Assembly (NCBI GenBank): GCA_900234795.1
Contig: LT962688.1
Span: 1,860,001 to 1,892,000 of the forward strand
Direction: 5' to 3'
DNA: 32,000 nucleotides
From: Methylorubrum extorquens
Lineage (GTDB): Bacteria > Pseudomonadota > Alphaproteobacteria > Rhizobiales > Beijerinckiaceae
In this document: positions 22,219 through 30,617 of the stretch, piece after piece
Layout: the number at the start of each line of letters is the position of its first letter
Numbering within the stretch: the stretch's first letter is position 1
The notes under the pieces: model-generated
What the model saw: only the letters and a program-made list of their open reading frames with translations
What the model was told of the DNA's origin: nothing
The model's database searches: none
Program-made: the position numbers and the translations under genes

Positions 22219-23655
22219 CTACCGAACGAGCACGTTGCGGAACTGCCAGGGGTCGCTCGGGTCGATGTCCTCCGGGAACAGGCCGGGGCGGTCGGTGAGC
22301 GGGGTCCAGTCGGTGTACACGCCCACGACCGGGCCGAGATACGGCGTCTGCACTTCCAGGCAGCGGCGGAAGTCGATCTCGTCGGCCTCGACGATGCCGG
22401 CCTCCGGGTTCTCCAGGGCCCAGACCATGCCGGCGAGCACGGCGCTCGTCACCTGAAGGCCGGTCGCGTTCTGGTAGGGGGCGATCCGCCGGGTCTCCTC
22501 GATGGAGAGCTGCGAACCGTACCAGTAGGCGTTCTTCTTGTGGCCGTAGAGGAGGACGCCGAGCTCGTCGATGCCGTCGACGATCTCGTTCTCGTCGAGG
22601 ATGTGCTGGTGCTCCTGCACCTTGCCGGCATTGCCCCACATCTCGTGCAGCGAGAGCACGGCGTCGTTGGCCGGGTGGTAGGCGTAGTGGCAGGTCGGAC
22701 GGTAGACCGCCTCGTTACCCTCGCGGACCGTGTAGTAATCCGCGATCGAGATCGCCTCGTTGTGGGTCACGAGGAAGCCGAACTGTGCCTGCGCGGTCGG
22801 CGTCCAGGAGCGCACGCGGGTGTCGGCGCCGGGCTGGAGCAGGAAGATCGCGCAGCGCGAGCCCTTGGTCTGCTCCTGGGCATTGGCGGGCTTCCAGGTC
22901 TCGTGCGTGCCCCAGCCGAGCTCGGCCGGCTGGTTGCCCTCGGAGACGAAACCCTCGACCGACCAGGTGTTGACGAACACGCCCTGGGGCTTGGGGTTCT
23001 TGGCGCGCTGGGTGTCGCGTTCGGCGATGTGGATGCCCTTGACGCCGAGTTCGCGCATGAGCGCGGCCCATTCCTCGCGGGTCTTCGGCTCAGGGGTCGA
23101 GGAGCCGGTGTCCTTGGCGACGTTGAGCAGCGCCTGCTTGACGAACCACGAGACCATGCCGGGGTTTGCACCGCAGCACGACACCGCGGTCGTGCCGCCG
23201 GGGCTCGCGGCGCGCGCATCCAGAATGCGGTTTCGTAAAGCGTAGTTCGTCCTCTCCGCCTGGCTGGCTCCGGCGTCGAAGTAGAAGCCCGGCCAGGGCT
23301 CGGCCACCGTGTCGATGTAGAGCGCACCGAGTTCACGGCAGAGTTCGAGGATGTCGCGCGAGGAGGTGTCGACGGAGAGGTTCACGCAGAAGCCCTGGCC
23401 GCCGCCCTCGGTGAGGAGCGGGGTGAGGATGTCGCGGTAGTTCTCCTTGGTGAGCGCGACCTTCTCGAAGCGCAGGCCGTGCTTGTCGGCGAGATCCTTG
23501 TGGGTGTCGACCGGATCGATGACCGTGAAGCGGCTCTTGTCGTATTCGAAATGCCGCTCGATCAGCGGCAGGGTTCCCCGCCCGATCGAACCGAAGCCGA
23601 TCATCACGATCGGGCCGGCGATGCGGCCATGCACGGGCCAACGGCTCTCAGTCAT
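22219..23655 (-). CDS. hss: homospermidine synthase, 478 aa
   Basis: Contains GPIVMIGFGSIGRGTLPLIERHF, GFCVNLSVDTSS, YIDTVAEPW, ERTNYALR and SCCGANPGMVSWFVKQAL, which I recognise as the bacterial HSS family. Confidence 0.85.
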   Translation of the reverse strand: MTESRWPVHGRIAGPIVMIGFGSIGRGTLPLIERHFEYDKSRFTVIDPVDTHKDLADKHGLRFEKVALTKENYRDILTPLLTEGGGQGFCVNLSVDTSSRDILELCRELGALYIDTVAEPWPGFYFDAGASQAERTNYALRNRILDARAASPGGTTAVSCCGANPGMVSWFVKQALLNVAKDTGSSTPEPKTREEWAALMRELGVKGIHIAERDTQRAKNPKPQGVFVNTWSVEGFVSEGNQPAELGWGTHETWKPANAQEQTKGSRCAIFLLQPGADTRVRSWTPTAQAQFGFLVTHNEAISIADYYTVREGNEAVYRPTCHYAYHPANDAVLSLHEMWGNAGKVQEHQHILDENEIVDGIDELGVLLYGHKKNAYWYGSQLSIEETRRIAPYQNATGLQVTSAVLAGMVWALENPEAGIVEADEIDFRRCLEVQTPYLGPVVGVYTDWTPLTDRPGLFPEDIDPSDPWQFRNVLVR

Positions 23656-23753
23656 TACTCAAAGTCCTGCGGAGGTAAGGTGTTTGCAAAGTTGCGGCCG
23701 CGATCATGCGGCCGACGTTAGAGCTGATCGGCGGCCGGCACGGGCTGTGAAGA

Positions 23754-24203
23754 TCAGCGGAGTAAACGATCGAATGGCCTGGGCGGCACGGCGTCATCCG
23801 TGCACCGTGGCGGTCCGACATCTGCGATTTCGACGACGTGCTCGCGTCCCGTGGCATTGTCGCGAAACGGCATGCGGTCCCCTCTCCTGAGACCGAGCAT
23901 CGCAACTCCGAGCGGACTCGCCGCAGAGATTTCCTCTTCCGAGGCGAACACGCGGCTTGGATACACAAGACGCCGCGCATGGGCCGTCGGCTCATCGTCG
24001 AGCCGATAGCTCACTCGACAAGTGATGGCCACGACCCCTCCCAGCGGCGGGGGAGCAGCGAAAGTCACCGCACGGTCGAGTTTTGGAAGAAGAAACTCAG
24101 CATCAGGATCGCCGCGCTGATACGCAGCAAGACCAAAAGCGACGAGACGATCGAAGTCGTAGGTTGGAAGCGTAATCGGAGGAAGTTTCCGAACAGCGCC
24201 CAT
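23754..24203 (-). CDS. Rnk/GreA-GreB C-terminal-domain family protein, 149 aa
   Basis: The N-terminus is LPPITLPTYDFDRLVAF. The C-terminal domain reads ITCRVSYRLDDEPTAHARRLVYPSRVFASEEEISAASPLGVAMLGLRRGDRMPF. Confidence 0.6.
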   Translation of the reverse strand: MGAVRKLPPITLPTYDFDRLVAFGLAAYQRGDPDAEFLLPKLDRAVTFAAPPPLGGVVAITCRVSYRLDDEPTAHARRLVYPSRVFASEEEISAASPLGVAMLGLRRGDRMPFRDNATGREHVVEIADVGPPRCTDDAVPPRPFDRLLR

Positions 24204-24501
24204 TCTGACACCTCACAGCATGACCGCTCCGCACGGCCAAGCCGCGCAGAGTGGCTGACGGCGCAGCCCGTTCGGGACCTGCGCGTCGGAAAGGACGAAG
24301 TGCTGGAGATCTATCCCTGGAACGGGCCGCGCCTTGTCAGGCCGGCCAAGCGCCAGGGCTTAAGAGCCTGCTTGCAGGCTGCCCGCACGCCCTAGAAGGC
24401 GAATGCTTTGGAGACGGTTCGGCATAATCTAACGGAGCATAGGCTAAGCCATGCGGCTGTCAAGTGGGCCAAGAGAGATGTTTCTGCGGTGCAGGATCAC
24501 C

Positions 24502-24786
24502 TCAATTGCCTTGTGCCAGCGAATTGACAAGATCATCAACTTCGCTGATGCTTCGAAAATAATGTGCAACCCTATCACCCTCAATCGTGTCCTGCTTCGG
24601 GCAGGTAGCCTGATCGCAGGCGAGTAGCCCCGGGCCGGCGGCGCATCGGCGCACGCAGAGCTTGGGGATTGTGCGAGGGTTTTGCCGAGCCACTGTCGGC
24701 GGCTGCGGCAAGAGCGCATGGCGACCGCCACACCAAATTTTTCGTTCGACATGTGAAGCGAACGCGTCCTTCGCGTCGACAAACAT
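24502..24786 (-). CDS. hypothetical Cys-rich protein, 94 aa (weak)
   Basis: This is the only protein-like ORF in the 0.9-kb spacer between the two Rnk-like genes. It has six Cys (WCGG, LCVRRC, LACDQATC) and moderate third-position GC. No family was recognised. Confidence 0.25.
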   Translation of the reverse strand: MFVDAKDAFASHVERKIWCGGRHALLPQPPTVARQNPRTIPKLCVRRCAAGPGLLACDQATCPKQDTIEGDRVAHYFRSISEVDDLVNSLAQGN

Positions 24787-25094
24787 GCGCTGGCTGCCGG
24801 ATAGGCAGCTCTGATGCAGTAGCGGAGCGGGATCTATGGATGCCCCTGAGCGCGATCCGGAACCTCATCCTACGGGCGACGTAGGTGAGACGGCGAGGAA
24901 ACGAGAACAGCCCATCTCCGTGCCCGACGTGGCACCGCCTTCACGCACCGTGCTTCCGTTTTCGCGCAGAAATTATCCGTATTCGCCGGGCTCAGCAAAA
25001 AGCGAAAATGATCTCCTGCTTCCTCCAGAAGTCGAGGGCGATCCGGGCCCGAGTGCAGCGTAGTACGACAGCGACCCAAATAGGATCGAAGAAG

Positions 25095-25508
25095 TTGACA
25101 AAAGTTTCCCTCGCTGCGGCGAAGCCGCGCATCAAGATGACGGCCGACGACCACGAACGTTTGTCGCGACTGGCGGCAAGCGCCATGGATCGCGCGCCGG
25201 AAGTCGTTTCATTTCTTTCGGACGAACTTGACCGGGTTCAGATCGTCCGGGGCGGGGCCGCTCAAGGCGATTTCGCACGCATGGGCAGCCGGGTGGACTT
25301 CCGCGACAATTCGACGGGCAGGATGCAATCCGTGACGCTAGTCTACCCTGGAGAGGCTGACATCGAGCAGGGCAAGGTTTCCATCCTGACCCCGATTGGC
25401 GCAGCCCTGATCGGCTTGAGCAAGGGGCAGTCCATCGATTGGGCCACTCGGACGGGCGAGACCCGACGCCTGACCGTGCTCGCGGTTCGCGAGGCTGCTT
25501 TCGCCTGA
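25095..25508 (+). CDS. rnk: regulator of nucleoside diphosphate kinase (Rnk)-like, GreA/B-domain protein, 137 aa
   Basis: A TTG start at 25095 gives KPRIKMTADDHERLSRL as the N-terminus. GSRVDFRDNSTGRMQSVTLVYPGEADIEQGKVSILTPIGAALIGLSKGQSIDW is the canonical Rnk/Gre C-terminal domain. An ATG at 25137 is the alternative start. Confidence 0.75.
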   Translation: MTKVSLAAAKPRIKMTADDHERLSRLAASAMDRAPEVVSFLSDELDRVQIVRGGAAQGDFARMGSRVDFRDNSTGRMQSVTLVYPGEADIEQGKVSILTPIGAALIGLSKGQSIDWATRTGETRRLTVLAVREAAFA

Positions 25509-26226
25509 AACGGCATGCGGATCGGCTCTATCGACGAACGATCCTGCGTGTCCTGTTCCAGCCCGACGAGGTAGCCCTCGGTGGCGAGTGCGTCTGCGTC
25601 CGCGATCGGCATGCGAACGCATAGCCCCGCGTGATGGGCTCGGCGGTACGTCAAGACGCGACAGGACTGCGTGAAGTTCTGGGCATCCGCTTCGACCGAG
25701 CGGCGGCGCCTGGAACTCCAGGCATTTCACTGACCGGGACACCGATGCTCAGCTTCGAGCAGTGTTCGACTCGGCTACACTTGGGCCCGCTTCGATGGAG
25801 CGAGCGGACCTTCGCTCATCCGCGTGCGAAGGTCCCCTAATGGCGCACAGCAGAACAAGCTGCGTGCGAACTCCTGACCCCTTGCAGACTGCCGCCTCGT
25901 CCCTTCCCTCGTCAGCTTTAGGCTCAGGAGCGGGCCTGACGTTGACGCGCTTCACTGGTTCGGTGACCGATGCGCTGAATAGTCAGCCAAGCCGTCGAAA
26001 CGGTGAGCATGTTGCGTCGCGTACCGTGTTGTTGGCCGACAATCCTGCAGGCGTAACGTCCCGAAAGACCAGTCGGACAGCGCGAGAGAAGATGTCTCCG
26101 GCCGGGCCCCAACTGATTTTATGCCTAAAAGGCCCAGCGAGTCGTTGACACCCCCTTAGGCTTTACTCGTCAGAACAGGCACGATCAGGAACTGCGCTCG
26201 TTCGGGTGCCTTGAGGTTGGAGGCCG

Positions 26227-26235
26227 GGTAGCGCT
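26227..26235. repeat. left copy of the 9-bp direct repeat GGTAGCGCT flanking the IS
   Basis: An identical 9-mer immediately follows the other IS end at 27744-27752. Confidence 0.7.
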
Positions 26236-26307
26236 TGTGCGTCGTCAGATGATTTGAGACGGTTTGCGGTGCTCAGGAACGGAGGCTCTGGTCCATCTGG
26301 GTGAGGG

Positions 26308-27288
26308 TTAGGCGGCCTGCGCGTGATGGCGCAAGCGGCGGTGCATGAGAGTCTGGCGCTTGATCTGCGCTCGATCGCGCAGGATGGCCTCGCCACGGCC
26401 GAAGTAGACGTCGGACGGGGTGAGGTTGCCCAGGCTCTCATGAGCCCGGACATGGTTGTAGTGCTCGACGAAGGCGGCGACCCGCGCCTCCAGCTTGCCG
26501 GGCAGGTAGGCGTGTTCGAGCAGGATGCGGTTCTTGAGCGTCAAGTGCCAGCGCTCGATCTTGCCCTGTGTCTGCGGATGGCGGGGCGCCCCCCGGATGT
26601 GGGTCATGCCCCGGCTGCCGAGCCACGTGGCCAAGTCAGCCGCGACGTAGCTCGATCCGTTGTCGGTGAGCAGCCGTGGCCGGTGTGCCACCTGCACGGG
26701 GTCGAGGCCGGCAGCCGTAAGCGCCAAGTCGAGTGTGGCGGTGACGTCGCTGGCCTGCATCGTCGTGCACAGCTTCCAAGCTACGATGTAGCGCGAGAAG
26801 TCATCCAGCACCGTCGAGAGATAGTACCAGCCCCAGCCGACGACCTTCAGGTAGGTGAAGTCCGTCTGCCACAGCTGGTTGGGCGCGGTGGTCTTGTCGC
26901 GGAACTCATCGGCGGCGTTGGCGACGATATAGGCCGGGCTGGTGACCAGATCCTGAGCTTTGAGCAGGCGGTAGACGGTGGCTTCGGAGACGAAGTACCG
27001 CCGCTCGTCGGTGAAGCGTACCGCCAGCTCGCGCGGGCTGAGTTCCGGCTCTTCCAGCGCGAGCGCGACAATCTGCTCGCGAACCTCCATGGGCAGGCGG
27101 TTCCACACCCGGCTTGGTCGCGAGGGGCGATCGACCAGAGCCTCGGGGCCGCCGCGTTGGTAGGTGTCGTACCAACGGTAGAACGTGGCTCGGGCGACGC
27201 CGAGCTTGTCCAGGGTGGCGCGCACCGGCAGGTGGGACTGCTCGACCAGCCGGATGACCTCCAGCTTCTCGGGGGCCGGGTACCTCAT
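26308..27288 (-). CDS. transposase OrfB (HTH + rve integrase core), 326 aa
   Basis: Contains LWQTDFTYLKV, LSTVLDDFSRYIVAW, LLTDNGSSY and PQTQGKIERWHLTLK. Confidence 0.85.
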   Translation of the reverse strand: MRYPAPEKLEVIRLVEQSHLPVRATLDKLGVARATFYRWYDTYQRGGPEALVDRPSRPSRVWNRLPMEVREQIVALALEEPELSPRELAVRFTDERRYFVSEATVYRLLKAQDLVTSPAYIVANAADEFRDKTTAPNQLWQTDFTYLKVVGWGWYYLSTVLDDFSRYIVAWKLCTTMQASDVTATLDLALTAAGLDPVQVAHRPRLLTDNGSSYVAADLATWLGSRGMTHIRGAPRHPQTQGKIERWHLTLKNRILLEHAYLPGKLEARVAAFVEHYNHVRAHESLGNLTPSDVYFGRGEAILRDRAQIKRQTLMHRRLRHHAQAA

Positions 27289-27659
27289 GCCTCGTCGCCC
27301 CCAGCCCCGCTCATGCTTTTTTTGAGCAGGCGGTTCTCCAGGACGAGGTCGGCCACGACCTCCTTCAGCGCGCCCGCCTCGCGGCGCAGGTCCTTGACCT
27401 CATCGGCGGTGGCGGCACGGGCCGTGTCGCCGGCCAGCCGCTTCTTCCCGGCTTCCAGGAACTCCTTGGACCAGCCGTAGTACATCGAGCTGGCGATGCC
27501 TTCGCGCCGGCACAGCTCGGCGATGCTGTCCTCGCCGCGCAGGCCTTCCAGCACGATGCGGATCTTCTCTTCGGCCGAGAACTGCCGACGCGTAGCGCGG
27601 CGGATGTCCTTGATCACGGCCTCCGCCGGCTTCCGTACCGGCCCGGATGACTGTTTCAT
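27285..27659 (-). CDS. transposase OrfA, 124 aa
   Basis: Contains RRQFSAEEKIRIVLEGLRGEDSIAELCRREGIASSMYYGWSKEF followed by a coiled coil. ATGA overlap with orfB. An A7 run (27317-27323, minus strand) could also give a -1 fusion. Confidence 0.85.
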   Translation of the reverse strand: MKQSSGPVRKPAEAVIKDIRRATRRQFSAEEKIRIVLEGLRGEDSIAELCRREGIASSMYYGWSKEFLEAGKKRLAGDTARAATADEVKDLRREAGALKEVVADLVLENRLLKKSMSGAGGDEA

Positions 27660-27743
27660 CTTCGCTCCTGGGGGCTACGATGAACCAGCCATCCTCCGTT
27701 CGTGAAGACCCTCAATCTGTCTCAGGAGTGCTGACGGCGGACA

Positions 27744-27752
27744 GGTAGCGCT
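27744..27752. repeat. right copy of the 9-bp direct repeat GGTAGCGCT
   Basis: See 26227-26235. Confidence 0.7.
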
Positions 27753-27810
27753 GAAGTTTTGGTCCGGGTGAGAGGCTGATCTGCCCCCACCGGGTGGTCC
27801 AGGCATAGAG

Positions 27811-28680
27811 TTAGTGCACGGTTGGCCTTTGCTCCACGGGTCGCTTGGCCGGCGGAGCCGGTGGGGTGAGCGCAGCCGGCCAAGCGGTGAACGCGGGTAA
27901 GAAGACCTCTGGCGCGGGCGGCCGATAGCCGAGTGCGCCATGCGGGCGGACGGTGTTGTAGTGCCGCCGCCAGCTCTCGATCAGGATCTGCGCCTCCCGC
28001 AAGCTATAGAAGATCTCTCCGTCCAGCAGTTCGTCGCGTAGCCGTGCGTTGAAGCTTTCGACGAAGCCATTTTCCCAGGGCGATCCTGGCGCGATGTAGG
28101 CCGTCTTCGCGCCCACCCCCATGATCCAAGCCTGCACGCTCTTGGCCACGAACTCAGGGCCATTGTCCGAGCGAACATGCTCGGGCACGCCGCGCAGTAT
28201 GAACAGGTCGGACAAGACGTCGATCACGTCGACTGCCTTGAGCTTGCGTGCGACCCGGATCGCCAAGCACTCGCGGGTGAACTCGTCAATCACGTTGAGC
28301 ATGCGCACCTTCCGGCCATCGTGGGTGCGCGCTTCGACGAAGTCGTAGGACCAGACGTGGTCGCGCCGCTCAGGCCGCAGCCGCAAGCAGGAGCCGTCGT
28401 TGTCCCAGAGGCGCCCGCGCTTGGGTTGGCGGGTCGGCACCTTCAGCCCTTCACGCCGCCAAATCCGCTCGACGCGCTTGTCGTTGACGAACCAGCCGGC
28501 GGCCTTCAGCAGCGCGCAGATCTTGCGGTAACCGTAGCGGCCATACCGCTCGGCCAACGCGACGAGGTCGGCGGTGAGCGCGGCCTCATCCTCCCGGCCC
28601 CGCGGCACCTTGCGCTGCGTCGAGCGATGCTGACCGAGCGCCCGGCAGGTGCGCCGCTCGGAGACGTTCATCGTCAGCAT
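27811..28680 (-). CDS. IS3-family transposase OrfB (copy B)
   Basis: The 289-aa translation is identical to 20211..21080. Confidence 0.85.
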   Translation of the reverse strand: MLTMNVSERRTCRALGQHRSTQRKVPRGREDEAALTADLVALAERYGRYGYRKICALLKAAGWFVNDKRVERIWRREGLKVPTRQPKRGRLWDNDGSCLRLRPERRDHVWSYDFVEARTHDGRKVRMLNVIDEFTRECLAIRVARKLKAVDVIDVLSDLFILRGVPEHVRSDNGPEFVAKSVQAWIMGVGAKTAYIAPGSPWENGFVESFNARLRDELLDGEIFYSLREAQILIESWRRHYNTVRPHGALGYRPPAPEVFLPAFTAWPAALTPPAPPAKRPVEQRPTVH

Positions 28681-28715
28681 GATGTGCTCGACACAGGCGC
28701 GTCGGCGCGCGGGGC

Positions 28716-28994
28716 TCAGAAGTTTCCCCGTGCCGCCTCCTGCAGGATGAGCTTGTCGAGCGTCAGGTCTGCAATCGCCTTCCTGAGCCGCTGGTTCTCC
28801 GTCTCCAGGTCCTTCATGCGCCGGACCTGATCGGTCTTCAGCCCGCCGAACTCACGACGCCAGCGGTAGTAGGTAACCTCGCTCACGCCGATCGCCCGGA
28901 TTGCCTCCGCCACGCTCGTACCTTGACCGATCAGCACGTCGGCTTGGCGCAGCTTCGCGACAATCTCCTCAGGCTTGGGTCGCTTCCTCGACAT
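28716..28994 (-). CDS. IS3-family transposase OrfA (copy B)
   Basis: The translation is identical to 19897..20175. Confidence 0.85.
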   Translation of the reverse strand: MSRKRPKPEEIVAKLRQADVLIGQGTSVAEAIRAIGVSEVTYYRWRREFGGLKTDQVRRMKDLETENQRLRKAIADLTLDKLILQEAARGNF

Positions 28995-29154
28995 CGATCC
29001 GTCCTCCTGGCTCGAAAGCCATACTAAAGGGCGGACCACTCCGCTGGGGGCGGATCACGCGCAAGCGAGAAACATCGCAAGAAGTCATCATTTGAAGGAG
29101 TGAGTGTCGTAATTCTAACATACGATTTGGTGTCTGTCGGATAAGATACCTTCA

Positions 29155-29919
29155 ATGAAGCAAGCACTGATCCGGAAGCTTGAGGGCTACGAGGAACTTT
29201 CCGATCAAGATCGTTGGGCGCTGAACGGGTTAGTCACCAAGGTCCGTCAGGTAGGCGCGCGCGTCGATCTGATTCAAGAGGGAGATCCTCCGGAGAACGT
29301 CCACCTCATCCTCAACGGTTTCGCCTGCCGCTACAAAGTGCTGCCCAATGGCCAGCGCCAGATCATGGCCTTCTTGGTACCCGGTGATTTCTGCGACCTG
29401 AACGTCTTCATCCTGGATCACATGGACCATTCCATCGGGACGATCTCGGCGTGTCAGGTGGTCGATATTCCGCGCCAAGCCATCGAGGAGATCACCGCGA
29501 ACCACCCGCGCATCACGCGTGCGCTCTGGTGGTGCAACTTGGTGGACGAGGCGGTGCTGCGCGAGTGGCTGGTCAACCTGGGCGGCAGGCCAGCCAACGA
29601 GCGCATCGCCCATCTTCTCTGCGAGTTGCTGGTGCGCTTGAGCGCAGTCGGCTGCACCAAGGACAACAGCTACGAGTTTCCCTTCACGCAGACCGACATC
29701 GCCGACACGATGGGCCTGTCCGCCGTGCATGTAAGCCGGACCTATCGGGAGCTCAGAGAGACGGGTCGGATCACACTCAAGCATCGCAGCCTGACGATCC
29801 ACGATGTTGAGCAGCTGAAGAGTTACTGCGGCTTCAACCCGAACTACCTCCATCTCTCGAACACACGCTGGAAAGACCGGCGCAATCCTACTTGGCTAAA
29901 CCAAGCCCGGAGTAGCTAG
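29155..29919 (+). CDS. Crp/Fnr-family transcriptional regulator, 254 aa
   Basis: cNMP-binding-like domain (VHLILNGFACRYKVLPNGQRQIMAFLVPGDF) with the HTH DIADTMGLSAVHVSRTYRELRETGRI and the FNPNYLHL motif. It is a paralogue of 10258..11115. Its GC content is lower than the left half of the window. Confidence 0.8.
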   Translation: MKQALIRKLEGYEELSDQDRWALNGLVTKVRQVGARVDLIQEGDPPENVHLILNGFACRYKVLPNGQRQIMAFLVPGDFCDLNVFILDHMDHSIGTISACQVVDIPRQAIEEITANHPRITRALWWCNLVDEAVLREWLVNLGGRPANERIAHLLCELLVRLSAVGCTKDNSYEFPFTQTDIADTMGLSAVHVSRTYRELRETGRITLKHRSLTIHDVEQLKSYCGFNPNYLHLSNTRWKDRRNPTWLNQARSS

Positions 29920-29921
29920 CC

Positions 29922-30215
29922 GTGATAGGGCGGCACAAAATCGAGACGCTGATCATCCTTCAGCCGGTCACGCTCGACACAGGCAGCAGCGATCAGGACG
30001 GGCGCCTCGTTCTAGCGAACGGGCGGGTGGTGGCAATCCTGGTTCGCCTCGACGCTTCCCGGCATGATGGCATGGAGGGATGGTTTCTGGAGGTCGGGCT
30101 CGGTCATCTGCGAGATCTGCGCCCTGCGCCCTTCGACAGCCTAGAAGCCGCAACACGCTGGCTGCGGCAGCACCTGAGAGGCGCAACAGTCTCGACCGAA
30201 GGAAAAACCTCATGA
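29922..30215 (+). CDS. hypothetical small protein, 97 aa (GTG start 2 nt after the crp stop)
   Basis: Tight spacing to the regulator gene. Sequence contains DGRLVLANGRVVAILVRLDASRHDGMEGWFLEVGLGHL...FDSLEAATRWLRQHL. Confidence 0.45.
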   Translation: MIGRHKIETLIILQPVTLDTGSSDQDGRLVLANGRVVAILVRLDASRHDGMEGWFLEVGLGHLRDLRPAPFDSLEAATRWLRQHLRGATVSTEGKTS

Positions 30216-30319
30216 TCAGCTTCCTGGTTATTTACATGGATGCTTTAGGTCCGAAGCAGCCGTCGAGGTTTTGGGTGTCTAGTTTCAGGAGAGACTACGG
30301 TTCAAATTATACGGTATAA
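30212..30319 (+). CDS. possible 35-aa hydrophobic mini-ORF
   Basis: ATGA overlap with the preceding stop, and GAAGGA lies 8 nt upstream. Sequence is MISFLVIYMDALGPKQPSRFWVSSFRRDYGSNYTV. No homology was recognised. Confidence 0.25.
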   Translation: MISFLVIYMDALGPKQPSRFWVSSFRRDYGSNYTV

Positions 30320-30410
30320 TATATCAATGTTACAATTTTATTGCAGGTATGAGGAAAACCTAATCCTGTAATATTTGAATAAAAATAGTGACAGCGAAAA
30401 AGGCCAGGTC

Positions 30411-30617
30411 ATGACCCTGCTTTCAGCCCTTTATGAAGATATGTTGCAGAACCCGTGTCCCTCTTGTAAGACTGTGCATATGCAGAAAGGCAGATGGTTC
30501 GCGACAGTTACAAAGTACCAATGTCTACATTGCGACCTGACGGTGCTTCTGACCTATCAGCGAAAAGTCGAAATTTTTACCCTACACCAAGCTCGCAAAG
30601 ACAAAATTGGAACATAG
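30411..30617 (+). CDS. zinc-ribbon mini-protein, 68 aa
   Basis: Reads MTLLSALYEDMLQNPCPSCKTVHMQKGRWFATVTKYQCLHCDL, with two CxxC pairs spaced 21 residues apart. It sits in a strongly AT-rich islet. Confidence 0.45.
   Translation: MTLLSALYEDMLQNPCPSCKTVHMQKGRWFATVTKYQCLHCDLTVLLTYQRKVEIFTLHQARKDKIGT

Larger units (their letters stand above)
26236..27743 (-). mobile_element. intact IS3/IS481-type element, 1508 bp, with a target duplication
   Basis: Inward-reading ends are TGTGCGTCGTCAGATGATTTGAGACGG (from 26236) and TGTCCGCCGTCAGCACTCCTGAGACAG (from 27743). Similarity continues to AACGGAGG. The element is flanked by GGTAGCGCT on both sides. Confidence 0.75.
27777..29057 (-). mobile_element. 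IS3-family element, copy B, 1281 bp, inverted relative to copy A
   Basis: Every ORF translation inside it, including antisense ORFs, is identical to copy A, and both termini match. Flanks (aggc and cgcg) show no direct repeat. Confidence 0.85.

Noticed and set aside
25509-25750. Protein-like minus-strand stretches (RMPIADADALATEGYLVGLEQDTQDRSSIE and LEFQAPPLGRSGCPELHAVLSRL) downstream of rnk
   Set aside because: They are split over two frames and lack a plausible start. The open frame only closes by running 165 nt into the rnk gene. This is probably gene debris and no family was recognised.
25924-26112. Minus-strand ORF with LTIQRIGHRTSE, reminiscent of the LGH..(box II) region of tyrosine recombinases
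   Set aside because: The stretch is too short and degenerate. The expected HxLRH and catalytic Tyr context are not recoverable in any frame. At most it is a relic.
30285-30325. GGTTCAAAT, reminiscent of a tRNA T-loop, in the AT-rich islet
   Set aside because: The flanking bases do not form a T-stem or an acceptor stem, and no cloverleaf can be drawn.
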